Source: Brevibacterium luteolum
GTDB lineage: Bacteria > Actinomycetota > Actinomycetes > Actinomycetales > Brevibacteriaceae
Assembly (NCBI RefSeq): GCF_013004595.1
Contig: NZ_JABEMC010000002.1
Location: 248,001-312,000 of the forward strand
DNA length: 64,000 bases
Reading direction: 5' to 3'
Shown: positions 29,253 through 37,621 of the stretch, in pieces
Numbering within the stretch: the first letter of the stretch is position 1
Layout: each line of letters starts with the position of its first letter
Notes under the pieces: model-generated
What the model was told of the DNA's origin: nothing
The model's input: the letters and a program-made list of their open reading frames with translations, nothing else
Database searches by the model: none
Translations under genes and position numbers: made by a program

Positions 29253-30392
29253 GTGACGATGCGCGAGTCCGGGCACCTCGCTGTCCACACAGTCGAGGTG
29301 TCCGGGCGACCGCTCGTCTCCGCTCCGCTTGACCCCAAGGGACGCCTGGTCGTTATGGGCGACCGGGGCGACGTCTCCCATGTGCTTGAGAGGGTGGCTG
29401 CGCTGCCCGGCACCGCTGTGGTGCCGGCACCTGACGGGGCACGCAGGCTCAGCGTGACCGCCTACCTCCGCCGGGTCGCCGGTTCGGGAACACCTCAGCA
29501 GGGTGGCCCCGAACCGGTTGATCCGGATCATGCCCTGGATGCCTTCGGTCTCTCCTATGACCGGCTGCGCCGCACCCGCCTGGGTGATCTCGGATCCGAC
29601 ACCCGTGTGCGCCTCCACGTGGCGGCAGCGCTCGTCAGCGGCGCACAATGGCCCATCCTGGACAACCCCTTCGCCGGCCTGCCCGGTGACCTTCGAGCAG
29701 GTGTGCGAGGAAGACTGCTCGGAGTGTGCGAAGAGTTCGGGCTCGGGCTCATCCTGGCCAGCAATGACCTCCTCGACGCCGCGACCACCGGGGGAACGAC
29801 GGTCGTCGTCGAGAAGGGCCAGGTCGCCGATTCCGGTGAGCTGGCGGCCATGCTGCGCAGCCCGCGCAGCAACCTGGCGGCATCGTTCGCCGGGGTCAAC
29901 GTCTTCTCCGGGCTGGCTCGCCGCGGCTGGCTCTCGATCGGGCACTCCCAGGTGCGTGCCCGCACCGAACTCGACGGCAAGGTCTTCGTCACCATTCCCA
30001 CCGATGCGACGACGATGTCCTTCGACGAGTTCGATCCCGTCTTCACCGCCGAGACCGTCTTCGAGGCGCTCATCGTCGGCATCCGCGATCGCGGCGGGCG
30101 TCTGCAGATCGTCGTCTCCCCCTCCGACACCGAGGTGGGGCTGGCGATGACCGCTGATGTGCTCGACTTCCGCTCACTGCCGGCTGACACCCCTCACCGG
30201 GAGCCCGGTCCGGGTTCCGACGTCGAGGAGCCCACCGCCTCGGGCACGGAGTGCTCACCGCAGTGGGGTGTCCTGCACCCCGGGCTCGGTGCCACCGTCG
30301 CTGAGACGCTGGCGAACGTGCGGGTCGGCGCGCGGGTGCATATCGAGGTCGATACCTCCCGCATGCACGCCTATCCTGTTGAGGTGGACTAG
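29253..30392 (+). CDS. degenerate ABC ATPase-like protein (ModC/PotA-like C-terminal part)
   Basis: AAALV..PILDNPFAGL, VVEKGQV..G, PRS..AASFAGVN; no Walker A. Confidence 0.6.
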   Translation: MTMRESGHLAVHTVEVSGRPLVSAPLDPKGRLVVMGDRGDVSHVLERVAALPGTAVVPAPDGARRLSVTAYLRRVAGSGTPQQGGPEPVDPDHALDAFGLSYDRLRRTRLGDLGSDTRVRLHVAAALVSGAQWPILDNPFAGLPGDLRAGVRGRLLGVCEEFGLGLILASNDLLDAATTGGTTVVVEKGQVADSGELAAMLRSPRSNLAASFAGVNVFSGLARRGWLSIGHSQVRARTELDGKVFVTIPTDATTMSFDEFDPVFTAETVFEALIVGIRDRGGRLQIVVSPSDTEVGLAMTADVLDFRSLPADTPHREPGPGSDVEEPTASGTECSPQWGVLHPGLGATVAETLANVRVGARVHIEVDTSRMHAYPVEVD

Positions 30393-30440
30393 CCGCGCCC
30401 AGGCTACCGGGCCGGCGACGCAGAGCGGAGGGAACAGGCG

Positions 30441-31424
30441 ATGAGGCGAATGGTCGGGCGCGCCCGCGCGCTGCTCATCGCCGGCCTGCTCATCATCGCG
30501 CTCACCGCAGCTGCCGTGCCGCTGCTCAACCTCACCGTCTACTCCCCCGCCCGGGCCGTCGACGCCTATTTCGCCGCCCTGGCCGACGGGGATGCCGCCG
30601 CCGCGCTCGGGATGCTCGCAGCCCCATCGCACAGCGAGCGCACCCCGCAGAACGCCCTGACCGATGCGGTGCTCGCCGGTGCCCCGGCTGTTCCCGAGCA
30701 CGTGCAGATCTCCGACACCGAACGCGACGGCGACACCGCCCGCGTCCGTGTCCGCTACAACCTCGGTTCGGCCACCCGCACCACGGATCTGACCCTGCAG
30801 CAGGGGCCTGCGACATGGGGGCTGTTCGAGCGCTGGGCGATCGTCTTCGACTCCTGGCCGCAGCTGTCCCTGCAGATCAGCGGCTCAGCCACCGCCGATG
30901 TCAACGGGGTCGAGGTGCCGGCCGGTGACGGCCCGGTGCCGGTGCTGTTCCCCATGGGCTACAACATCGGCTTCAATGCCGAGTACCTGACCTCCGAGGT
31001 TAAGCAGGTGATGGTCACCAGCAGCTCCGACGACTTGGGTGTGGCCCTGCAGCCGACCCCCACCCCGGCGCTGACCGCCGAGGTCGAGCGCCAGATCGAG
31101 GAGCACCTCGCTGGCTGTGTGAGGGCGACGACGCTCATGCCGACCGGCTGTACCTTCGGCTATGAGACAGAGAACGAGATCGTCGGCGAGGTGTCATGGC
31201 GGATGCTTGAGGACCCGCAGGTGAGCCTGCGCAGCTCCGGTTCGCAGCTGTCGCTCGTGCGGTCTCCTGCCGTCGCCGAGGTGTCGGGCACCTACCGTGA
31301 CAGCGTCACCGGGTTCGAGTTCGACTTCCGTGAGGAGGTGCCGTTCACGCTCGGTGCCGAGGTGATCGTCACCGGTGATGAGGTGCGGGTCGAGCCCAAC
31401 AGCGGAGCCGAACTCGGCGGGTGA
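30441..31424 (+). CDS. membrane-anchored hypothetical protein (NTF2-like N-domain suspected)
   Basis: N-terminal TM, YSP..AV..YF.ALA.GD. Confidence 0.7.
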   Translation: MRRMVGRARALLIAGLLIIALTAAAVPLLNLTVYSPARAVDAYFAALADGDAAAALGMLAAPSHSERTPQNALTDAVLAGAPAVPEHVQISDTERDGDTARVRVRYNLGSATRTTDLTLQQGPATWGLFERWAIVFDSWPQLSLQISGSATADVNGVEVPAGDGPVPVLFPMGYNIGFNAEYLTSEVKQVMVTSSSDDLGVALQPTPTPALTAEVERQIEEHLAGCVRATTLMPTGCTFGYETENEIVGEVSWRMLEDPQVSLRSSGSQLSLVRSPAVAEVSGTYRDSVTGFEFDFREEVPFTLGAEVIVTGDEVRVEPNSGAELGG

Positions 31425-31459
31425 TGAACCGGCGACGGCCGGTCAGCTGAGCCGGTCTG

Positions 31460-33367
31460 TCAGTTCGTGCCGCGCAGGTCGAGGCGCAGCTCGTGCGGTC
31501 CCTCAGCGCTCAGGGTCACTGGGATGCCCCAGTCCTGCTGGTAGAGGTGGCAGGCGGCGTGCAGCGGGATCTCGCCGTCCTCGGACCCGTCGCAGGCCGC
31601 GGCCCGGGCGGTGATGTGCAGGACACCGGATTCGATGCCGTCGGCGATCTCAATGGTGCGCTCCAGGCCCTCGCTGCCGCCGGCGCCAGCGGTGATGAGC
31701 TCTGGCGGGGTGGACGAGACCTGCAGGTGGGTCGGGTCGCCGAACCGGTCGTCGAGCTTCTGCCCGGCAGGCACGCTGAACCCGACGGTGAGGGTCAGCG
31801 TGCCGGTGCCGAGCTCGGTGGCCGGCCGTGAGGTCTGCTGCGCCCCTTCATCGACATGCTGCGCTTCAGCTGGGATGGCGACCCGGGTGAGCCGGTGGGC
31901 TGCCGATTCGGCGACGAGCAGGCTCGGCTGCTCGCCGTCGCTGCCGGGCAGGACGAGGATGTCAGACGGTTCGTCGAGCCCGCGGGCCAACGTCGTGACC
32001 TCATCGGTGCGGGGCTCGTAGCGGCGGATCGCACCGTTGTAGGTGTCGGCGATCGCCACCGACCCGTCGGGCAGTTCGGTCACGCCGAGCGGATGCTGCA
32101 GGCGCGCCTCGGCGGCGGCTCCGTCGCGGAACCCGAAGTCGAACAGGCCCTGCCCGAGCTTCGACTCGACCACTCCGGTGGCCGGGTCAAGCAGTCGCAG
32201 CGCCGAGGTCTCGGAATCAGCCAGCCACACGCGGCCGTCCGAAGCGGCTGCCACGCCGGAGGTCTGGGCGTACCAAGCGGTTTCGGCGTCCCCGTCGACG
32301 AGTCCTTCGTTCATCGTGCCCGACAGCAGCCGGATCGTGCCGGTCTGCGGGTTGAACGACCAGATCGTGTGGTTTCCGGCCATCGCGATGACGACCTCGC
32401 CGGTGGTCTCGGCGTAGTGGACGTCCCAGGGGCTGGAGAGCTTGATCGCATCGGCTGGGCCGTCGTAGCGGCCCGTGTCGCCGTGGGTGCCGGTGACATT
32501 GTCGACGGCACCGACCATGTACTGCTGACCCGTGCCGGCGACCGTCGAGATCTCACCGGTGTCGAGGTTGAGGCCGCGCAGCAGGTGGTTGACGGTGTCG
32601 GCGATGACGACGTGGTAGCCGACCTCAGCTGCCAGCTCGGCCGGGAGTTCGGCTAAGCCACCGGGTTCGCTCAGTTCGGCGGCCCCTGCCGGCCCGTCAG
32701 TCCGACCGCGGTTCCCGGAGCCGTAGCGGCGCAGGATGGTGCTGCCGGTCGGGTCGAATTCGACGAGTGAGTGGTGCCCGGAGTCGGCGACGAGCAGGTT
32801 GCCGGCATGCTCGCCGGGGGTGAGCCGGATGAGCTTGCCGGGGTAGAACAGGTCGGTCTCGACTGGTGCCGGCGGGACATAGGGGTCGTCGCCGCGGCGC
32901 AGGGTGCCCTTGGCGGAATGCTCTGCGATGAGGTTCTCGATGAGTGAGGCGAGCCCGGCGGCATGCCCTTCACCGGACATCGAAGCGACGAGGTTGCCTT
33001 CGGGGTCGATGAGGGCGAGTGTCGGCCAAGCGCGGGCCGAATACGCCTGCCAAGTCTCAAGGTCCGGGTCGTCGAGGACGATGTGCTCGACCTGGTAGCG
33101 CTCGACGGCCTTGCCGACGGCTTCGACGGTGCGCTCGAACTCGAACTTCGGGGAGTGCACGCCGATGATGACGAGCTCATCGGCGTATTTCTGCTCAAGC
33201 GGGCGCAGCTCGTCGAGCACGTGCAGGCAGTTGATGCAGCAGAAGGTCCAGAAGTCCAGCAGCACGACCTTGCCGCGCAGGTCGGCGAGGCTGAGGTCGG
33301 TGCCGCCGGTGTTGATCCAGCGGCGGCCAGTGAGTTCAGGAGCGCGCAGGCGCGGAGCGTCAGTCAT
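31460..33367 (-). CDS. thioredoxin-like + NHL-repeat protein (NHLRC2/SOQ1-like)
   Basis: LDFWTFCCINC, GVHSPKF, multiple ADS/ADT NHL repeats; CACAAT-N6-ATG. Confidence 0.9.
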   Translation of the reverse strand: MTDAPRLRAPELTGRRWINTGGTDLSLADLRGKVVLLDFWTFCCINCLHVLDELRPLEQKYADELVIIGVHSPKFEFERTVEAVGKAVERYQVEHIVLDDPDLETWQAYSARAWPTLALIDPEGNLVASMSGEGHAAGLASLIENLIAEHSAKGTLRRGDDPYVPPAPVETDLFYPGKLIRLTPGEHAGNLLVADSGHHSLVEFDPTGSTILRRYGSGNRGRTDGPAGAAELSEPGGLAELPAELAAEVGYHVVIADTVNHLLRGLNLDTGEISTVAGTGQQYMVGAVDNVTGTHGDTGRYDGPADAIKLSSPWDVHYAETTGEVVIAMAGNHTIWSFNPQTGTIRLLSGTMNEGLVDGDAETAWYAQTSGVAAASDGRVWLADSETSALRLLDPATGVVESKLGQGLFDFGFRDGAAAEARLQHPLGVTELPDGSVAIADTYNGAIRRYEPRTDEVTTLARGLDEPSDILVLPGSDGEQPSLLVAESAAHRLTRVAIPAEAQHVDEGAQQTSRPATELGTGTLTLTVGFSVPAGQKLDDRFGDPTHLQVSSTPPELITAGAGGSEGLERTIEIADGIESGVLHITARAAACDGSEDGEIPLHAACHLYQQDWGIPVTLSAEGPHELRLDLRGTN

Positions 33368-33476
33368 ACCCTCATTGTGCCACCGGGGCTCACCTGCCTG
33401 CCGTACAGCTGTCATATGTGTCAGCAGCACCCGAGGCGGCGGCCACGACAGAGAGGAGAAGTGCCATGATGGAGTC

Positions 33477-34241
33477 ATGAACGATGCAGCCGCGATGAGC
33501 ACCGAGCCCCTCTCCTCCGAACATGCTCAAAAGATCCGCGACCGTCTCGATGCGGTGGCCGGTCAGGCCGCCGAGGCGGCGCGGAGATCCGGACGCACAC
33601 CTGAGGATGTGCGGATCATGCTGGCGACGAAGACGCAACCGGTGGAAAAGATCCGGGTCGCGATCGAGCACGGTTTCACGCTCATCGGCGAGAACCGCGT
33701 ACAGGAGCTGACCGGCAAGGCCGACGGCTTAGCTGATCTGGAGCACGAGACGCACCTCATCGGGCCGCTGCAGCGCAACAAAGTCAATCACACGCTGCGC
33801 GTCGACTCGTGCACGTGTGTCGAGTCGGTCGACAACCTGCCGCTGGCGGAGAAGCTGCACAACCGCCTGGAGGTCCTCGACCGTTCGATCGACATCCTCG
33901 TCCAGGTCAACACTTCGCGTGAGGATTCGAAGTTCGGCACTGCTCCCGAGGCCGCGGCTGAGTTCATCGAGTCACTGGCCTCTTTCGACCGGCTGCGGAT
34001 CCGCGGGCTCATGACGATCGGGCTGCCCGGGGAGAGCGACGAGGTCATCCGCCCCAGCTACGCCGATCTGCGTCAGCTGCGCGACCGGCTCATCGACGAC
34101 GGGACCCTGCCTGAGGGTGCGACGGAGCTGTCGATGGGCATGAGCGCTGACTTCGCCCTCGCCATCGAAGAGGGTGCGACGATCGTGCGGATCGGATCGA
34201 GCGTCTTCGGCGCGCGACCGCCTGCAAGTTCACCGACCTGA
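33477..34241 (+). CDS. yggS: PLP homeostasis protein YggS/PROSC
   Basis: ATKT, GENRVQE, IGPLQRNK, GLMTIG, LSMGMSAD, VRIGSSVFG. Confidence 0.93.
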   Translation: MNDAAAMSTEPLSSEHAQKIRDRLDAVAGQAAEAARRSGRTPEDVRIMLATKTQPVEKIRVAIEHGFTLIGENRVQELTGKADGLADLEHETHLIGPLQRNKVNHTLRVDSCTCVESVDNLPLAEKLHNRLEVLDRSIDILVQVNTSREDSKFGTAPEAAAEFIESLASFDRLRIRGLMTIGLPGESDEVIRPSYADLRQLRDRLIDDGTLPEGATELSMGMSADFALAIEEGATIVRIGSSVFGARPPASSPT

Positions 34242-34335
34242 CCGACACGTACCGGTTCACCGACCTGACCGACACGTACCGGTTCACCGACCTGACCGGC
34301 ATGTACCGGTTCACCGGCCTGACGGACACGCGCCG
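34228..34335. repeat. 4 x 27-bp tandem repeat (VNTR)
   Basis: Unit gttcaccgacctgaccgacacgtaccg; copies 1-2 identical, 3-4 diverged; no spacers. Confidence 0.9.
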
Positions 34336-34347
34336 AAGAGCGCAGGC

Positions 34348-35256
34348 TCACTCCTGCGGGACGCCGGGTGCCTGCGGATCGATGTTGCGGATGATGAGCG
34401 AGCAGTCCATATCGGCGTAGCCGTCATCCATGAGCTTCTGCAGGTTCTCGAACGCCGCCTTCGCCCCCGGCAGCGTGACGCCGACATCGGCGGCCGCCTC
34501 CTGTGCCAGGCCTGCGTCCTTGTGGGCGAGCGCGGCGGAGAAGGTCGCCTCGAAGCCGTTGTTGGACGCGGCGGTCTCGACGATGCCGGGCACCGGGTAC
34601 CAGGTGCGCAGCGGCCACGAGTCCCCGGAGGAGACACTGGCGACGTTCCAGAACGTCTGCGCGTCGAGGCCGAGCTTGTCGGCGAGCACCGCACCTTCGG
34701 CTGCGCCCTGCAGGCTGACGGTGAGCATCATGTTGTTGACGATCTTCGCCGCCTGCCCGTTGCCGGGCCCACCGCAGTCGAAGATGTTGCCGGCCATCGG
34801 CTCGACGAGCTCTTTCGCCCGGGCGGTGTCGGCTGGGTCGCCGCCGAGCATGAAGGTCAGTGTCGCCGCCGCGGCACCGGAGATGCCGCCGGAGACCGGG
34901 GCGTCGACGAAGGCGAAGCCGGCCTGCTGGGCCGTCTCGTGGATCTCCCGGGCCGAGGCGACGTCGATCGTCGAGGAGTCGATGAGCAGCGCGGTGGGTT
35001 CGGCGAATTCGAGCACACCGCCGTCTCCGCAGAACACCTCCTTCGAGATCGTCCCGTTGGGCAGCATGCCGAACACGGCATCGGCACCGGCCACCGCCTC
35101 GGCGATGGTGGTGCAGGCGGTCACACCGTTGGCTTCGGCCGCACTGCGGGCACTTTCGCTCAGGTCGTATCCGCGCACGCTGTGCCCGGCTGTGATGAGG
35201 TTCTTCGTCATCGGCAGGCCCATATTGCCCAGGCCGATCCATCCAATCGTCGCCAT
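34348..35256 (-). CDS. mmsB: 3-hydroxyisobutyrate dehydrogenase
   Basis: GWIGLGNMG, DAPVSGG, GQAAKIVNN. Confidence 0.9.
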   Translation of the reverse strand: MATIGWIGLGNMGLPMTKNLITAGHSVRGYDLSESARSAAEANGVTACTTIAEAVAGADAVFGMLPNGTISKEVFCGDGGVLEFAEPTALLIDSSTIDVASAREIHETAQQAGFAFVDAPVSGGISGAAAATLTFMLGGDPADTARAKELVEPMAGNIFDCGGPGNGQAAKIVNNMMLTVSLQGAAEGAVLADKLGLDAQTFWNVASVSSGDSWPLRTWYPVPGIVETAASNNGFEATFSAALAHKDAGLAQEAAADVGVTLPGAKAAFENLQKLMDDGYADMDCSLIIRNIDPQAPGVPQE

Positions 35257-35300
35257 GAGGTCTCCTTCTTCTCGTGTCGTCTCAGGTGCGGACGTGCAGG

Positions 35301-36074
35301 TCAGGCGGCGGACCAGCCGCCGTCGACGGAGTGTGCGGCTCCGGTGATCGCCTTGCCGCCCTCGCCGGCGAGCAGCGCGGCGATCGCGGCGACGTCCTCG
35401 GGCTGGGCGAGGTGCGGCAGCGCCGAGTGGGCGAGGAACACCTCGTCGAGGACGGCATCCTCGGAGATCCCGCGCGAGGCGGCCTGATCGGCGATCTGCT
35501 GTTCGACCAGCGGGGTCATGACATAGCCGGGGTTGATCGCATTGCAGGTCACCCCGTGCTTGCCGGCCTCCAGTGCGGTCGCCTTCGTCAGGCCCATGAG
35601 CCCGTGCTTGGCGGCGACGTAGGCGCTCTTGAACGCCGAGGCGCGCAGCCCGTGGACCGAGGAGATGTTGATGATGCGGCCCCAGCCGCGCTTGTACATC
35701 CCCGGCAGCACAGCCTTCGTCAGCACGAACGGTGATTCGAGCATGAGCTTCTGGATGAGCTGCCACTCAGCGAGCGGGAACTCTTCGATCGGGTGGATGC
35801 GCTGAATGCCGGCGTTGTTGACGAGGATGTCGGTGTCGATCGACTCTCCGTCGAGTGCCTGCGTGTCGGACAGGTCGACGACCCAGGCCTTCCCGCCGAT
35901 CTCCTCGGCGACCGACTCGGCGGCCTCGGCCGAGACATCGGCGACGGTCACCTCGGCGCCCATCCGGGCGAACCGGGCCGCAATCGCCTTGCCGAGGCCC
36001 GAACCGCCACCGGTGACGAGCGCGCGGCGGCCGGAGAGTTCCTGCTGAGCGTTCTGCTTCGGATCGTGCTCCAT
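35301..36074 (-). CDS. bdhA: 3-hydroxybutyrate dehydrogenase (SDR)
   Basis: TGGGSGLG, NNAGIQ, SSVHGL.AS.FKSAYVAAKHG, PGYV.TPL. Confidence 0.88.
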   Translation of the reverse strand: MEHDPKQNAQQELSGRRALVTGGGSGLGKAIAARFARMGAEVTVADVSAEAAESVAEEIGGKAWVVDLSDTQALDGESIDTDILVNNAGIQRIHPIEEFPLAEWQLIQKLMLESPFVLTKAVLPGMYKRGWGRIINISSVHGLRASAFKSAYVAAKHGLMGLTKATALEAGKHGVTCNAINPGYVMTPLVEQQIADQAASRGISEDAVLDEVFLAHSALPHLAQPEDVAAIAALLAGEGGKAITGAAHSVDGGWSAA

Positions 36075-36083
36075 GCGCTCAGC

Positions 36084-37466
36084 CTACTTCCGGCCGGTCG
36101 AGCCGGCACGGGCAGCCCACTCTGTGGCACGGCGTTCGTTGTCGATCCGGTCGATCTCGGCCAGGTCCATGCCGTTGGTCTCACGCGTGAAGAACCAGGC
36201 GGTGAGGCTGATGCCGGCTCCGATGGCGAGGTAGATCGAAATCGGGATGCTGGAGTCGAAGGCCCGCAGCAGGGTGGTGGCGATGATCGGGGCGAAGGAG
36301 CCGGCCACGATCGCGGTCACCTGATAGCCCAGCGACACACCCGAATACCGCATGCGGGTGGGGAACATTTCGGCCATGAGCGCCGGCTGGCCGGCGTACA
36401 TGAATCCGTGGAAGATGAGCCCGACGACGATCGCAATGAAGATCGGCAGCCCCTGGCCGGTGTCGAACATCGGGAAGGCGAAGAAGCCCCAGGTTGCGGT
36501 GGCCAGGATTCCGAGCAGATATGGGATCTTGCGTCCGAGGATGTCGCACAGCCGACCGATCAGCGGCACGATGACCGCGTGGATGACGTGGGCGCCGAGC
36601 AGCAGTCCGAGGATTTCGCCGCGTTCGATGCCGACCTGCTGGCTGAGGTAGGTGATCGAGAAGGTCACGACGACGTAGTACATGACGTTCTCGATGAAGC
36701 GCAGGCCCATGGCGGTGCAGACACCGCGCGGGTAGCGCTTGAAGACCTCGATGACGCCGTAGCCGGCGTCCTCTTCGTGGACCTCCTGCTGGGCCTCTTC
36801 GAAGATCGGGGCGTCAGAGACGCGGGTGCGGATGTAGTAGCCGATGAAGACGATGACAGCTGACAGCCAGAAGGCCACCCGCCAGCCCCACGAGATGAAC
36901 GCCTCATCGCTGAGCGCGGTAGAGAGGGCGAAGAGCACCGCAGTGGCCAGCAGGTTGCCCAGCGGAACTGCGGCCTGCGGCCAGGAGGCCCAGAAGCCGC
37001 GGGAGTGGTTGGGTGAGTGCTCGGCGACGAGGAGGACGGCTCCGCCCCACTCGCCGCCGACGGCGAATCCCTGGGCGGCGCGCAGCAGCACGAGGATGAT
37101 CGGGGCCGCGTAGCCCCATTGGTCGAAAGTCGGCAGGCAGCCCATGAGGAAGGTGGAGACGCCGACGAGGATGATGGAGAGCTGCAGCAGTTTCTTGCGC
37201 CCGTACTTGTCGCCGAAGTGGCCGAACACGACACCGCCGAGCGGGCGGAAGATGAAGCCGATCGCATAGGTGGCGAACGCGGCGATGATCGCGTCGAGCG
37301 GGTTGTCCGAGGCTGGGAAGAGGATGACGTTGAAGACCAGGGTGGCCGCTGAGGCGTAGAGGAAGAATTCGTACCATTCGACGATCGTGCCGGCCATCGA
37401 GGCCGCGACGACGCGCTGGAGGTTGCGGCGCACGCTCGTAGTGTCTTGGGGTGGTGCTGCACTCAT
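36084..37466 (-). CDS. MFS metabolite:H+ symporter (MHS family)
   Basis: GTIVEWYEF, FGDKYGRK, QGFAVGGEWGGA, WGWR. Confidence 0.92.
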   Translation of the reverse strand: MSAAPPQDTTSVRRNLQRVVAASMAGTIVEWYEFFLYASAATLVFNVILFPASDNPLDAIIAAFATYAIGFIFRPLGGVVFGHFGDKYGRKKLLQLSIILVGVSTFLMGCLPTFDQWGYAAPIILVLLRAAQGFAVGGEWGGAVLLVAEHSPNHSRGFWASWPQAAVPLGNLLATAVLFALSTALSDEAFISWGWRVAFWLSAVIVFIGYYIRTRVSDAPIFEEAQQEVHEEDAGYGVIEVFKRYPRGVCTAMGLRFIENVMYYVVVTFSITYLSQQVGIERGEILGLLLGAHVIHAVIVPLIGRLCDILGRKIPYLLGILATATWGFFAFPMFDTGQGLPIFIAIVVGLIFHGFMYAGQPALMAEMFPTRMRYSGVSLGYQVTAIVAGSFAPIIATTLLRAFDSSIPISIYLAIGAGISLTAWFFTRETNGMDLAEIDRIDNERRATEWAARAGSTGRK

Positions 37467-37542
37467 GATGGTGCTCCTTGCGTGAGGAGGAACGGCGCCA
37501 CAGCAGCGTGGGCTGTTCGTCACTGCGGTTAGGACTCACCCA

Positions 37543-37571
37543 ATCATGAGATCTGCATCACATGTCGTCAA
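37543..37571 (-). promoter_or_regulatory. promoter TTGACG-N17-CATGAT overlapping a CRP/GlxR-like palindrome
   Basis: CA-TGAGA-TCTGCA-TCACA-TG at 37545-37564 lies between the hexamers. Confidence 0.55.
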
Positions 37572-37621
37572 GCATCATGTCGATTCCGCGCCGGCCGCGC
37601 GAGCGCCCTGGTGCGTCCGAC

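Noticed and set aside
33408..33425. Imperfect palindrome GCTGTCATATGTGTCAGC between NHL-Trx and yggS
   Set aside because: Short and imperfect, with no assignable regulator
34228..34335. 27-bp repeats as a CRISPR array, or as a repeat protein (ORF 34174..35487, VHRPDRHVP)
   Set aside because: No spacers and no cas genes; the ORF is an antisense shadow of mmsB
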